Assembly: GCA_938003925.1 (NCBI GenBank) | Contig: CALKWQ010000023.1 | Span: 18,885-82,884 of the forward strand | DNA: 64,000 nt | Source: an uncultured bacterium | GTDB taxonomy: Bacteria > Patescibacteriota > Patescibacteriia > Patescibacteriales > UBA12465 | Reading direction: 5' to 3' | In this document: piece by piece, positions 1-10,800 of the stretch | Layout: each line of letters starts with the position of its first letter | How positions within the stretch are numbered: the first letter of the stretch is position 1 | Program-made: the position numbers and the translations under genes | The notes under the pieces: model-generated | Seen by the model: the letters and a program-made list of their open reading frames with translations, nothing else | What the model was told of the DNA's origin: nothing | Databases searched by the model: none

Positions 1-13
1 GCGGCCTTGCTCA

Positions 14-1891
14 ATGAATTATTACGGACAGAAAATTAACGTCCCAGTTATGAAGACTAAAAAAATTACTATCATTATTATTGCCTCCTTATTGGTGGTT
101 TTTTTGTTTTTAGGCATCTTAGTCGCTTACGACCAAAAATCCAATCAAATACTACAAAAGAATTTATACTATGGCGATATCAACATCAGCGGCCTCAGTT
201 ATGAGGCGGCTATAGAGAAAATCACACGGCGGACGCAAGAAATGGAGGAACAAGGATTAAAATTAAGCTACGCTGATAATAAATTGGGGCTACCAGCTAT
301 AACCGCATCATTTGACACTGATTTGGCTTATCAATATTTCCGTTACAACAACGATAAATTAGCGGATAAACTAAAACCATACGGTCAAGCTAATTTTGCG
401 GGACAGTTATGGCAACAACTTAGCCAACGCCAAGCTGAAATAATTACCCCAGACTTTCAACTAGATGAAGAAAAAATAAAATCATTGGTTAGCGAGTCTT
501 TCCCGGAAAGTTATAAGCCAGCTACTGATGCCGTCTTTATACTTAATAATAACCAAGTAGAGATTGCCCCAGAAATACCAGGCAAGACAGTTAACTGGAA
601 AGAATTATTCGCTGACATTTCCAACCGACTCAGCACTTTCTCATCTGCAGAAATTAAAATCAAAACTCAAACAGAATACCCAATAATATATGCTAGAGAC
701 CTGGAAGGTTTAAATGAAGAAGCTAAGCGACTTAGCGCCACCCCTCTGGTTTTAACCTATAAAGACAAGGAATGGTCACCGGAAAGAAGTGATATTATTG
801 CTTGGCTAGCAGCTAGCCGCAGTGATAAGGAACTATCTTTATACTTCAGGCCTGAAAATATTGCCAAATATCTCACTGAAAAAATAGCTCCAGACGTTAA
901 TGTCGCTCCGGAAGACCCCCGCTTTGAAATTAAAGATAACAAAATATCTAGTTGGCAATTAGGTAAAGATGGCTATGAACTGGACGTAGCCGCTAGTGCT
1001 GAAAAAATTATTAACGATTATAAACAAACTGGCACTAGCACTAAGATTGAATTAATTATTAAAGTGACACCACCAGCAGAAGCTGAATCTTTTGATATCC
1101 GCGAAGTCATTGGTACTGGACACTCTAATTTTGCCGGTTCGTCTAAAAGTCGGCGCCACAATATCAGCGTCGGCGCAGCCGCTGTACATGGCTTAGTAAT
1201 AAAGCCGGGTGAAGAATTCTCTCTAATGGGCGCTCTGGGAGAGATTGATGAGCACAGTGGTTATTTACCAGAATTAGTTATTAAAAATAACAAAACCATC
1301 CCGGAATATGGCGGCGGCCTCTGCCAAATCGGCACTACAGTATTTCGAACTGCCTTAGCTTCTGGTCTGCCAATTACGGCCCGCCAAAACCACTCTTACC
1401 GTGTTTCTTATTATGAGCCCGCCGGCACCGACGCTACTATTTATGATCCCTGGCCAGATTTGCGCTTCATCAATGATACCGGTAAAAATATTTTAATTCA
1501 GAGCCGAATTGATAAAGATGATATCTATTTTGATTTCTGGGGCACTAAAGATGGTCGTATTGCCACTACAACCTATCCTGTAATTTACAACATCGTTAAG
1601 CCAGCGCCCACTAAAATTGTAGAGACAGACGACTTAAAGCCTGGAGAAAAAAAATGTACCGAAAAACCTCATAATGGCGCCGATGCTTATTTTGACTATA
1701 CTGTAATCTATCCAGAGGGATCAACTAGTACACCCTTGGAACAAACACGTCGTTTCCAGTCTCATTACGTGCCTTGGCAGGAAGTTTGCTTGGTGGGTAA
1801 GATACCCAGTGCCACCTCTACGCCGGACACAGCCAGTAGCACCCAGGAAACCGGTAACACCGCCTCTACTACTACCACTGTTACAGAATAA
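14..1891 (+). CDS. VanW domain-containing protein, membrane-anchored, Ser/Thr-rich C-terminal tail
   Basis: 625-aa ORF. N-terminal TM helix (ITIIIIASLLVVFLFLGILVAY). The core GGGLCQIGTTVFRTAL..RQNHSYRVSYYEPAGTDATIYDPWPDLRFIND matches the VanW family signature. An alternative start is at 50 (MKTKK). Confidence 0.8.
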   Translation: MNYYGQKINVPVMKTKKITIIIIASLLVVFLFLGILVAYDQKSNQILQKNLYYGDINISGLSYEAAIEKITRRTQEMEEQGLKLSYADNKLGLPAITASFDTDLAYQYFRYNNDKLADKLKPYGQANFAGQLWQQLSQRQAEIITPDFQLDEEKIKSLVSESFPESYKPATDAVFILNNNQVEIAPEIPGKTVNWKELFADISNRLSTFSSAEIKIKTQTEYPIIYARDLEGLNEEAKRLSATPLVLTYKDKEWSPERSDIIAWLAASRSDKELSLYFRPENIAKYLTEKIAPDVNVAPEDPRFEIKDNKISSWQLGKDGYELDVAASAEKIINDYKQTGTSTKIELIIKVTPPAEAESFDIREVIGTGHSNFAGSSKSRRHNISVGAAAVHGLVIKPGEEFSLMGALGEIDEHSGYLPELVIKNNKTIPEYGGGLCQIGTTVFRTALASGLPITARQNHSYRVSYYEPAGTDATIYDPWPDLRFINDTGKNILIQSRIDKDDIYFDFWGTKDGRIATTTYPVIYNIVKPAPTKIVETDDLKPGEKKCTEKPHNGADAYFDYTVIYPEGSTSTPLEQTRRFQSHYVPWQEVCLVGKIPSATSTPDTASSTQETGNTASTTTTVTE

Positions 1892-1908
1892 TAGACGCTA
1901 ATAAAAAA

Positions 1909-1936
1909 ACCTTCCTTTAAACGGGAAGGTTTTTTG
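1909..1936 (+). terminator. Intrinsic terminator after the VanW gene
   Basis: ACCTTCC / GGAAGGT stem with an 8-nt loop, followed by a T-run. Confidence 0.7.
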
Positions 1937-1941
1937 CAAAC

Positions 1942-2115
1942 AAAAAAAGACCATCTCAAACGGGTAGGCAAGAAAATTTCTTCTAGGAATTACCGAGCCC
2001 ACCACTGACACTTCGGTAGAAGTGGCAATGGTAGGCCCAAAAAACCCTAGCAAGAAAGTCCCCATGCTTGTCGTGCCTGACCCGTTTCAAATGGCCTTTT
2101 TCTTTTTTTAAGCAA
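1942..2115 (-). ncRNA. Candidate rod-like structured ncRNA (6S-RNA-like or other), about 170 nt
   Basis: No ORF. A minus-strand sigma70-like promoter lies just upstream. About 22 bp of pairing joins 2075-2096 and 1949-1970 (GGCCATTTGAAACGGGTCAGGCA / TGCCTACCCGTTTGAGATGGTC). There is an internal helix CTTTCTTGCTAGG / CCTAGAAGAAA and an apical hairpin CCATTGCCACTTC-TACC-GAAGTGTCAGTGGTGG. The RNA ends in a U-run. Confidence 0.4.
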
Positions 2116-2121
2116 CTGTTT

Positions 2122-2150
2122 AATATATCACATTAAAAATATCTTGTCAA
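2122..2150 (-). promoter_or_regulatory. Sigma70-type promoter (TTGACA-N17-TATATT) for the candidate ncRNA
   Basis: On the minus strand, TTGACA (2150-2145), a 17-nt spacer, then TATATT (2127-2122). A perfect DnaA-box-like TTATCCACA sits at 2156-2164, just upstream of the -35. Confidence 0.55.
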
Positions 2151-2180
2151 TGCCTTTATCCACAGGTCTAGCAACACAGA

Positions 2181-3014
2181 TTAAAAACCCAGACCTCTAT
2201 AATTAATTTTCTTATTATTAGCATAAAAAATAACTGAACCTTGCTCATCTGTACGCCACACTTTTATCCCCGCTACCCTCAAACTGTTAATAAGTTCGGG
2301 ATCGGGATGACCATAGGTATTATCAGCGCCAACGGAAATAACTACCACTGCCGGCTTGACTCGTGCTACAAAAGACGGATCATTAGAAGTATCTGCACCA
2401 TGATGCGAAGCTTTCAAAATCTGAGCCTGCCACAAAAAACCAGAAGACAACAGAGCAAGCTCTCTCCGTCTGTTGGCATCGCCAGCGGCGGCGAGGGATA
2501 AGCCGTCGCAATTAAAATGCAGAGCTAACGACCAATCATTTTCATCGTCTGTCTTTAAAAATTCGGCTGTGGGCGGAAAGATGCACAAACTACAAGCCGG
2601 TTCTAATTGCCAACAAGTTTCAGATTGAGGATAAATTATTGCTGTCCCCTGAGAACGTAGACCAGATAATAAGGTCTGGGCGGCGATGCCGGATAAACCG
2701 GAGGGCAGCAGGGCTTGTTTAATTTGATAACGAGTCACTAATTCTGGCAAAGCAGCCAGATGATCGCTGTGACCATGACTAATAATCAAAATATCTATTG
2801 TGCGCTTCCAGCCAAGCCAACGCCCCCAACCATATAAAGCTGATAAGTCTGGGCCGCCATCAACCGCTATTATTTTGCCTTGGGGCGTCTTAAGAGCAAA
2901 GGCATCTCCTTGCCCAACATCAAAAAAGACCACCTCTGCCCGTGAAACCACTGAAGAAGAAAAAAAATAAAGCGGTATAAATAAAAATAGTAGTATAAAA
3001 AATAAGCGATACAT
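2181..3014 (-). CDS. ComEC/Rec2-related metallo-beta-lactamase domain protein (stand-alone, signal/TM anchored)
   Basis: 277 aa. Hydrophobic N-terminus. VVFFDVGQGDAFAL..IIAVDGGP and ISHGHSDHLAALPEL (HxHxDH) match the C-terminal MBL domain of ComEC. Confidence 0.75.
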   Translation of the reverse strand: MYRLFFILLFLFIPLYFFSSSVVSRAEVVFFDVGQGDAFALKTPQGKIIAVDGGPDLSALYGWGRWLGWKRTIDILIISHGHSDHLAALPELVTRYQIKQALLPSGLSGIAAQTLLSGLRSQGTAIIYPQSETCWQLEPACSLCIFPPTAEFLKTDDENDWSLALHFNCDGLSLAAAGDANRRRELALLSSGFLWQAQILKASHHGADTSNDPSFVARVKPAVVVISVGADNTYGHPDPELINSLRVAGIKVWRTDEQGSVIFYANNKKINYRGLGF

Positions 3015-3073
3015 TAAACCAGCTTAACACAACCTCTTTAAACAAGAATTAAACACTATCTAAACTAACTATA

Positions 3074-3101
3074 CAAAAACCGCCCTTGCGGGCGGCTTTT
3101 G
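3074..3101 (-). terminator. Bidirectional-looking intrinsic terminator downstream of the Lys-rich gene
   Basis: CCGCCC-TTGC-GGGCGG hairpin flanked by an A-run and a T-run. Confidence 0.65.
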
Positions 3102-3131
3102 TATAATTTTCAAAATCAATAAAAACAAGTT

Positions 3132-3326
3132 TTATTTCTTTTTTGCGACCTTCTTAACGGCTGGTTTTTTAACAACTTTCTTCACAGCCTTCTTAACGGT
3201 CTTCTTAGGAGCCGCTTTTTTGACAGCCTTCTTAACAACTTTCTTCACAGCCTTTTTAACAGCCGGCTTCTTAGCGACTTTCTTCACAACTTTCTTAGTT
3301 TTTTTTGCAGTAGCCATATTGCTCAC
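3132..3326 (-). CDS. Lys/Ala-rich histone H1-like basic protein (probable nucleoid protein)
   Basis: 64 aa made almost entirely of KKAVKKVVKK-type repeats. The likely start is MATAKK (M4). A terminator follows and an AT-rich promoter region lies upstream. Confidence 0.6.
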   Translation of the reverse strand: MSNMATAKKTKKVVKKVAKKPAVKKAVKKVVKKAVKKAAPKKTVKKAVKKVVKKPAVKKVAKKK

Positions 3327-3515
3327 CTCCTTTCTGGGAAATTTCCCATTGATATTTTTTAAAAAAATTAAAATAATTTTTCTAAAAATAATTTTTTCTC
3401 TAATTAATAATATTATACTCCCTAAAGAATTTTATAGCAATAGTTTTTAACAAAAAATTTATAAAAACAAAAAAGAGCCGATGGCTCTAGTTTGTAAAAA
3501 ATATTTTTTAATCAA

Positions 3516-4892
3516 TTATAATTTATCACGAAAATAATTTATCATCTCATCGGCTTTAATTTTTGTTTGTTGCATGTTATCGCGCTCACGCACAGTCACA
3601 AATCCATTTTCCAAAGTATCGAAATCTACGGTCAAACAAAAAGGTGTACCAATTTCATCCTGACGGCGATAGCGCTTACCAATATTGCCGTTATCGTCAA
3701 ACTCGCATGCGTACAAAGAACGCAATTGCGCATAAATAGCACGCGCTCTATCAACTAATTCCGGTTTATTCTTCAACAAAGGAAAGATGGCGATTTTTAC
3801 CGGTGCTAATCGAGCAGGTAATTTTAAAACTACTCGCTCCTCGCCTGCACCCAATTGTTCTTCATGGTAAGCTGAATGTAACACTGCCAACAGAGCTCGA
3901 TCAACGCCAAAAGTTGGTTCCAAGACATGAGGCACAAAACGACGAGCAGATTGTTGATCGAAATACTCTAACTTTTCTCCAGAAAATTCTGCATGCTTGG
4001 TTAAATCAAAATCACCTCGATGCGCCAGGCCAAATAATTCTTTGGTACCAAAAGGAAAATTATATTCTATATCTACCGTCTTACGAGAATAATGAGACAA
4101 CTTTTCTTGCGGATGCTGATAGCGACGGCGCGATTCAGGAGATAAACCTAAATCCAGACAAAAAGCTTCTTGTTCTAAAAGTAATTGCTCAAACAAAGGT
4201 TCCCAGGGCTGTTCGGGATCAAAAAAATATTCTATCTCCATCTGTTCAAATTCACGAACACGGAAAATAAAATTACCAGTTACAATCTCGTTCCGAAAAG
4301 CTTTACCAATTTGAGCAATGCCAAAAGGAAGCTTGGGGCGCATCGTATCTAAGACATTATTGAATTCCACAAAGATAGCTCCGGCAGTTTCTGGACGAAG
4401 ATAAACCGGCTCATCAATGCCATTCATATCGGTTTTAAACATCAGGCTCAAGAATCTAGCCTCAGTCCAATCTTTAGCGCCACAAGCCGGGCAAGCAATG
4501 TCTTTACTCAAAGCTTCATTCAACTTATCCAAATCGCCTTCTAAATCTAAACCCGTGGCTTCCTCAACTATGTGGTCAGCGCGGAAACGCTTCTTACACT
4601 TTTTGCAATCAACCATGGCATCATTAAAACCAGAAGTGTGCCCACTAGCTTCCCATAGACGTGGGTGTAAAATGATTGGGCCATCAATGCCGAAAACATC
4701 ATCACGACTACTCACAAAACGCTGCCACCACAAAGCTTTAATATTATTTTTCAAAGCGACTCCATAGGGACCAAAGCTATAGCTGCTACCAAAGCCGCCA
4801 TAGATCTCGCAGGCTGGAAAAATAAAACCACGACGCTTAGCTAAAGAAACTATCTTCTCCATTGTCTGATCTGTTTCTTGATTATATCCCAT
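3516..4892 (-). CDS. glyQS: Glycine--tRNA ligase (class II, homodimeric GlyQS type)
   Basis: 458 aa. The run MEKIVSLAKRRGFIFPACEIYGG..YSFGPYG and the C-terminal anticodon-binding region are typical of GlyRS. The probable true start is M11 at 4862. Confidence 0.9.
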   Translation of the reverse strand: MGYNQETDQTMEKIVSLAKRRGFIFPACEIYGGFGSSYSFGPYGVALKNNIKALWWQRFVSSRDDVFGIDGPIILHPRLWEASGHTSGFNDAMVDCKKCKKRFRADHIVEEATGLDLEGDLDKLNEALSKDIACPACGAKDWTEARFLSLMFKTDMNGIDEPVYLRPETAGAIFVEFNNVLDTMRPKLPFGIAQIGKAFRNEIVTGNFIFRVREFEQMEIEYFFDPEQPWEPLFEQLLLEQEAFCLDLGLSPESRRRYQHPQEKLSHYSRKTVDIEYNFPFGTKELFGLAHRGDFDLTKHAEFSGEKLEYFDQQSARRFVPHVLEPTFGVDRALLAVLHSAYHEEQLGAGEERVVLKLPARLAPVKIAIFPLLKNKPELVDRARAIYAQLRSLYACEFDDNGNIGKRYRRQDEIGTPFCLTVDFDTLENGFVTVRERDNMQQTKIKADEMINYFRDKL

Positions 4893-4930
4893 ATCTTTAA
4901 AATAAATTAATTTATACCACCTTTTTAAAA

Positions 4931-6619
4931 CTACATCTCCTCCAAGTAAGAAAAGCCGAGTAAGCTAAAACCATTAGATAAAACTTGCCGCATTGATTGT
5001 AATAAAGCTAATCTAGCAGCAGCCAGCGACGACTCTGCCTTCAGAATGTTAACTTCATGATAATAATCATTGCAAACTTGAGCTAATTCAAACAAGTAGC
5101 GAGCAACGATGGAAGGGTCACGCTGTTGGCCAGATTTAATAACTATCTCTGGAAACTGCTCTAAACGCAGAGCTAAAGAAACTTCTTTTGGATGATTTAA
5201 ATTAGATAAATCTGCTCCAGTAGAATCAATAGTTGATTTACGCATGATGCTTGCTAAACGGGCCCCAGTATATTGAAGATAGGCAGCTGTATAGCCGTCA
5301 AAACGTAAGGCCTCGTCAACGTCAAAAGTAATTACCTTATCAGCGCTGACTTTAAGCATTTCAAATTTTAAAGCTGCAATAGCTAAAGCTTCAGAAGTTG
5401 ATTCAATTTTCTCTACCGGCCAATCTTCATGTCGGGCGGAAACTTCTTTATTGGCCCGAGAAATAGCTTCTTCTAAAATCTGGTCATAAGTAATTACGTT
5501 ACCGCTGCGAGAAGACATCATGCCATTTTTTAAAGTCACAAAATCATAACCAAGATGAGTAATTTGAAATTTCTCCCCGGCTAAAACAAAAATTTGAGCT
5601 AATTGGCGAAAGTGCAAGCCTTGTCTGACGTCAACTATATAAATAGATTCCTGCAAATTATACTGCCGAAACTTCTGCCTGGCTAAGGCTAAATCGGCCA
5701 CTGGATACAAAGCCGTACCATCAGAACGGATAATAGGCATCACTCCCAAACCATAGGCCTCCAAATCAGCAATCACCGCCCCCTGACTGCGTACGAAAAT
5801 GCCCCGCTGCAAAAACTCCTCTACAATACGTAATCCCTCCTCTATAACTTCGCTTTCGTAGAAAATATGATCAAATTTAATCCCTAAACGTTCATAAATT
5901 TCCGCAAAATAAGCAATGCTCCAAGATCTGGTTTCTTGCCAAAGTTGATAAGTTTCACCCTGGCGGCTCTCTATGGCCTTCATAGTTTCACTAACCTCAG
6001 CTTTGGCGGCCTCGTTATCGCCAAGTAAAGATGCGGCCTGGCTATAGCATTCGCCCAATAGTCTACCCTGGGGGCCTGTTTGCTGAACATAAGCAGGTGT
6101 TCGCTGCCAATGCCATAAAGTCTTGGCAACATGAATGCCAAAATCATTAATATACGAAACCGGAATCGCCTGATAACCATTAGCTGATAAAATCTTGGTG
6201 ACGGCATCGCCAAAAAACAAATTACGCAGATGTCCAACATGATATTCTTTATGTGTATTGGCGTTGGAGTATTCCAGCATTATACGTTCTGGCTTTTCCG
6301 TCTCAGCCCAACCAAATTTATTGCCCTCTCGGCTCACATCGTTAATAGCGCCAGCTACTAAGGACAGGGGTTCTAAGAAAAAATTTAAATAGGGCCCAAC
6401 CGCCTCCACTCGACTCACCAAATTTTTTAACTCGGGGACTACTTGTAAAGATTCGGCCTGTGTTTTTGCTAGTAGCGCCGGATTGACGCCACTGCTTTTA
6501 GCTGCAGCAAACATTGGCAAACTCAAATCACCTAAATCAGGCTGCAAAGGATACACAAAATCATCGGGACTAACTTGCAATAAAGTGGCTAATTTTTCTT
6601 TTAACAGTGAGAGATACAT
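4931..6619 (-). CDS. argS: Arginine--tRNA ligase
   Basis: 562 aa. A class I HIGH-type motif (NTHKEYHVGHLRN), an MSSR(S)G KMSKS-like motif, and the DALR anticodon-binding C-terminus ending in M. Confidence 0.9.
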   Translation of the reverse strand: MYLSLLKEKLATLLQVSPDDFVYPLQPDLGDLSLPMFAAAKSSGVNPALLAKTQAESLQVVPELKNLVSRVEAVGPYLNFFLEPLSLVAGAINDVSREGNKFGWAETEKPERIMLEYSNANTHKEYHVGHLRNLFFGDAVTKILSANGYQAIPVSYINDFGIHVAKTLWHWQRTPAYVQQTGPQGRLLGECYSQAASLLGDNEAAKAEVSETMKAIESRQGETYQLWQETRSWSIAYFAEIYERLGIKFDHIFYESEVIEEGLRIVEEFLQRGIFVRSQGAVIADLEAYGLGVMPIIRSDGTALYPVADLALARQKFRQYNLQESIYIVDVRQGLHFRQLAQIFVLAGEKFQITHLGYDFVTLKNGMMSSRSGNVITYDQILEEAISRANKEVSARHEDWPVEKIESTSEALAIAALKFEMLKVSADKVITFDVDEALRFDGYTAAYLQYTGARLASIMRKSTIDSTGADLSNLNHPKEVSLALRLEQFPEIVIKSGQQRDPSIVARYLFELAQVCNDYYHEVNILKAESSLAAARLALLQSMRQVLSNGFSLLGFSYLEEM

Positions 6620-6800
6620 AAAAATGTCTGCTTATCACCCAACGGCTCAGCGGCCAGCTACTCTCAGCTCTATCCGCAGCCATAAATACTTGGTAATAAT
6701 TTCTTAAATATGTTATAATAGTAGCAAACCTAGCTTAATTTTTCAATAAAAAAAGAGCAAAGTTTTAGCTTTATTATATTAGCCAAATTAACACAATTTT

Positions 6801-7772
6801 ATGTTCTCTTATCGTCTCTTTGTCAAACAAGCCTGGCGCATCACTAAAAACTATCGCCATCTTTGGTTTTTCGGTATTTTTGCCGCTTTTACTGCTCTTG
6901 GAGGAGAATACCAAATTATTACCCAGGGAATGAATAATGAGCCCGGCGGTAGCTTAGTGAGTTCCAGCCTATTCATTATCTACAGCCTGTTCAATCCTAG
7001 TTTTTGGTCAGGAATAGCAGAAATTGCCGCCACAAACCCAGCCGCACTCTGGTCATTAATTAGCGTCTTGCTTTTAGTTTTAGCCTTGGCTGCAGTCATG
7101 GCTTATCTGGCAATTATTTCCCAAGCAGCGTTGGTAGAACAAAGTGCGCGTATCAGTCTAAGCAAAAAAAAGAAAGAAAATTTAAGTATTAGCGAAGGCT
7201 TAATTGAAGGAAGACGTCATTTTTGGAGAGTCCTAGCTTTAAATATCAGCAGTCATATTATTATCACCTTCAGTTTCACTCTCATAAGTTTGCCTTTGGC
7301 TCTACTCCTAATTACCGATACTGGCGCCTTAACACTGGCCTACACTCTATTATTCGTAGTTTTCGTGCCCGTCTCTTTAGCTATTGCTTTTATCATTAAA
7401 TATGCCATCGCAGCTCAGGTTTTAGAGGGCTTGAGTTTTGTCTCGGCTCTAACTAAAGGCTGGAAAATTTTTAATAAAAATTGGCTAGTTAGCCTAGAAA
7501 TGGCATTAATCTTGTTTATCATCAACTTTGCGGTTGGCATTGTAACTTTAGCCGCTATTTTCCTATTCTTCTTACCCTTATTAATTTTGTCATTGCAATT
7601 ATACGCCCCCGTGCTAACTGCAGTTAGCGTCATCCTGACTCTAATCGCGATGGTTGTGGCCGCCTCTATCTTAAACACTTTCCAGATTTCCGCCTGGACT
7701 AGTCTATATTTACACCTGCAAGAAAAAAAAGGCTTGAGCAAACTGGAAAGAATCTTCAAGCGCAAGCGTTAA
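6801..7772 (+). CDS. Polytopic membrane protein of unknown function
   Basis: 323 aa with at least 6 predicted hydrophobic helices. I recognise no catalytic motif. Confidence 0.45.
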   Translation: MFSYRLFVKQAWRITKNYRHLWFFGIFAAFTALGGEYQIITQGMNNEPGGSLVSSSLFIIYSLFNPSFWSGIAEIAATNPAALWSLISVLLLVLALAAVMAYLAIISQAALVEQSARISLSKKKKENLSISEGLIEGRRHFWRVLALNISSHIIITFSFTLISLPLALLLITDTGALTLAYTLLFVVFVPVSLAIAFIIKYAIAAQVLEGLSFVSALTKGWKIFNKNWLVSLEMALILFIINFAVGIVTLAAIFLFFLPLLILSLQLYAPVLTAVSVILTLIAMVVAASILNTFQISAWTSLYLHLQEKKGLSKLERIFKRKR

Positions 7773-7850
7773 ATCAAAACTTCTTCCTAGCCGCAGCTCA
7801 GCCTGCCGATTATCGGCGGATGAACTGCGGCTATTAATAATTATTAAGCT

Positions 7851-10800
7851 ATGAGTGACGTAGCCTCAATTGAAAGTTTGATCAACCCAGAGTCAGCCGG
7901 AGATGAAGACAGTGTCCAGGGTAAATTTGCCAAAAAACAAACGGAAATCAAGCTCAAAGAAATTGAAAAGACCACTGAAAAGAGAGCCGGCGCTATCGGT
8001 CTACCTTATGTTAATCTTTTTTCCTTTCCTATCAGCCCAGAGGCGCTGTCACTAATCCCAGAAATACGAGCACGCGAGTTAAACGCTGTCTGTTTTTTTT
8101 ATGACGGCAAAAATGTACGTATAGCTTGTTTAGAACCAAATGAAGAAATCGCTGATGAAATTACTAGAATCAATGAACAATATTTTACTGACGCTAAATT
8201 ATATATTATTTCCCAAAATAGCTTAGAACAAGCTTTTGAGGCCTATAAAGCCATTCCTAAAATAAAAAAATATGATTCCGGCGTAGAGATAACGGAAGAG
8301 AATTTAGAGAAATTTAAACAAGATATTGCTAACTACAAAAGCCTCAACGATAAAATTAATGAAGTTAATGTCAGCGATATTGTCACGTTGATTCTGGCTA
8401 CAGCCATTAAGGTAGGATCTAGCGATATTCATATTGAAGCTGAAGAAAGTGGTGTTGTTATTCGTTTTCGTATCGATGGCGTTTTACAAGAAGCAGCAAC
8501 AGTAGACAGGGAAAAATGGAAAAAGATTGTTACTCGCATGAAAATATTGGCTAAAGTTAAGATTAATATTACCGGTAAACCGCAAGATGGCCGTTACACC
8601 ATTCATCTCAAAGATAGCAAAATTGATGTTCGTTCCTCCTTCCTGCCCACCGCTTTCGGTGAAAGTGTTGTAATGCGCCTTTTAAATTCTAAATCCGTAT
8701 CTTTAGAATTTGAAGGTTTAGGGATTAGGCCAGAGATATTAGAAACTCTGCGTCGTGAAATCCAAAAACCCAATGGCTTAGTCTTAACCACTGGTCCAAC
8801 TGGCTCAGGTAAAACAACTACTCTGTATGCCGTACTTAACAAGCTTAATTTACCAGGCACTAAAATTGTCACACTAGAAGATCCAATTGAATATCAGTTA
8901 GCAGGCATAAACCAGAGCCAAGTAGACGCTCATCGAGGCTACACTTTTTCCGACGGATTACGCTCAATTTTAAGACAAGACCCCAACATTATCATGGTTG
9001 GAGAAATTCGTGATTTAGAAACAGCTGAAATTGCCGTGCAGGCATCTCTGACTGGTCATTTGGTTTTATCTACCCTGCACACCAATGATGCGGCGGGAGT
9101 AATACCGCGTTTAATTGACATCGGCGTTAAACCATATTTCTTGGTACCGTCTATTAATGCTGTAATTGGCCAACGTCTAGTACGTAAACTTTGCCCACAC
9201 TGCCGAGTAGAACATCCATTAAATACTGATGAGATAGAAAAAGTGCAAAGAATTTTAGCGGTCATTTCGCCCAAGGCAAATATTAATATTCCTTCTAAGC
9301 TGCCGACCATGTACCGAGCAGGCGCTGGCTGCGAGCATTGTAATTTTATTGGTTATAAAGGGCGCTTAGGTATCTACGAAATCTTCACCATGGACGACAA
9401 CCTTAAACAACTAACTATTGACAAGGCCCCATCCTTTAAAATCTTGCAGCAAGCCATTGAAAACGGCATGATCACCATGTTGCAAGATGGAGTACTGAAA
9501 TGTCTTGAAGGCATCACTTCCCTAGAAGAAGTCTATCGTGTAATCGGTAATTTTGACTATGTAGACGAGCTGTATGATATTGTTATCTCCCAAACCATTG
9601 GTCGTGGTGTCAAAATTACAGCAGAAGAATATGGTCGCGCCCAAGCTATCATTACCAAAGTGGGGCAAGCTATTAATCTTAGTGACGTACCGTCTAAAGA
9701 ATTAATCAAGTTGATTATGAGTATGGCGAGCGCTAGCGATGCCGGGGATGTTCATATTGAACCGATTGAAAACGGCGTTAAGGTCCGCTTTCGCATTGAC
9801 GGTGTCATGCATGACATTTTAGATTTACCTAAAACTAGTTATTTGCCCATTTTGTCAGAAATGAAGATTTTGGCCGGCTTTGCCACTAATGTTAAAAGGG
9901 CGACTTTAGATGGACGCTTCAGTATTTATTTACCTGCCAGCAAAATAGACTGCCGCTTATCAATAATTTCCGGCGGCTACGGAGAAACTATCGTAGTGCG
10001 TCTGCTGTCCAATTCAGCCGCCTCTCTAGATTTAGAAAAACTTGGCATCACCTCGGTCGCCAAAAAAGCACTAGACCAAGCTATAACTAAAACTAAGGGT
10101 ATTATTATCACTACCGGTCCAACAGGGTCAGGTAAAACAACAACTCTTTACGGGATTTTAAACAAACTGAATAAATCCGATGTCAAAATTATCACTGTAG
10201 AAGACCCGATTGAATACCAACTACCGGGAGTCATGCAAACTCAGATAGATACCGAGCATGGCTATACTTTTGCCGCCGCCATGCGCTCCCTGCTACGCCA
10301 AAACCCTAATATCATGATGATTGGTGAAATTAGAGACGAAGAAACTGCTAAAATTGCGATTGAAGCAGCGCAAACCGGCCACTTAGTACTATCAACTATT
10401 CACGCCAACAGTGCAGCTGGAGCCATTTCTCGCTTCGCCGGTTTAGGAGTAGAAAAATCTTCTTTAGCCAACGCGATTGAATTCTCTATCGGGCAACGCC
10501 TAGCCCGTCGCATCTGTCCGCACTGCAAAACAATAGATACCCCTAGCGCCGAAGCTCTGCAGCGCGCCCAAGAAATACTTAATAGCATTAATAACAAAGA
10601 TATCAAAATTCCTAAAGAACTAAAATTCTATCGTGGTACCGGCTGTGACCAATGCAAGCAATTAGGATATAAAGGCCGCGTTGGTCTCTACGAAACTATC
10701 GCCACCAGTCAATCTATACAGAAACTAATACAACACGAAGACACTAATGATTATGATATCGAACAGGAGGCTATCAAAAATGGCACTGTTACTATTGCTC

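Noticed and set aside
2156-2164. Perfect DnaA box TTATCCACA, together with 23612-23620, considered as evidence for oriC.
   Set aside because: No dnaA or dnaN gene, no dense box cluster with a clear DUE, and no visible strand-bias switch in the window. I kept only the 23.6-kb trio as a low-interest observation.
3220-3450. 76-aa Phe/Thr-rich ORF on the plus strand.
   Set aside because: It is the antisense mirror of the Lys-rich gene, where AAG/AAA codons read as CTT/TTT. It has no independent signals and is spurious.
3567-4767. Three plus-strand ORFs (3567-3758, 3803-4270, 4417-4767) inside the glyQS region.
   Set aside because: They lie entirely antisense within a confidently identified GlyRS gene. 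Their composition is typical of shadow ORFs. The same reasoning applies to the other antisense ORFs in the track (757-942, 2241-2501, 5980-6240, 7415-7765, 8603-8872, 9056-9310, 10400-10606, 17233-17573, 22902-23303, 27541-27837, 28090-28432, 30678-30878, 48394-48797, 50819-51343, 54016-54219 and others).
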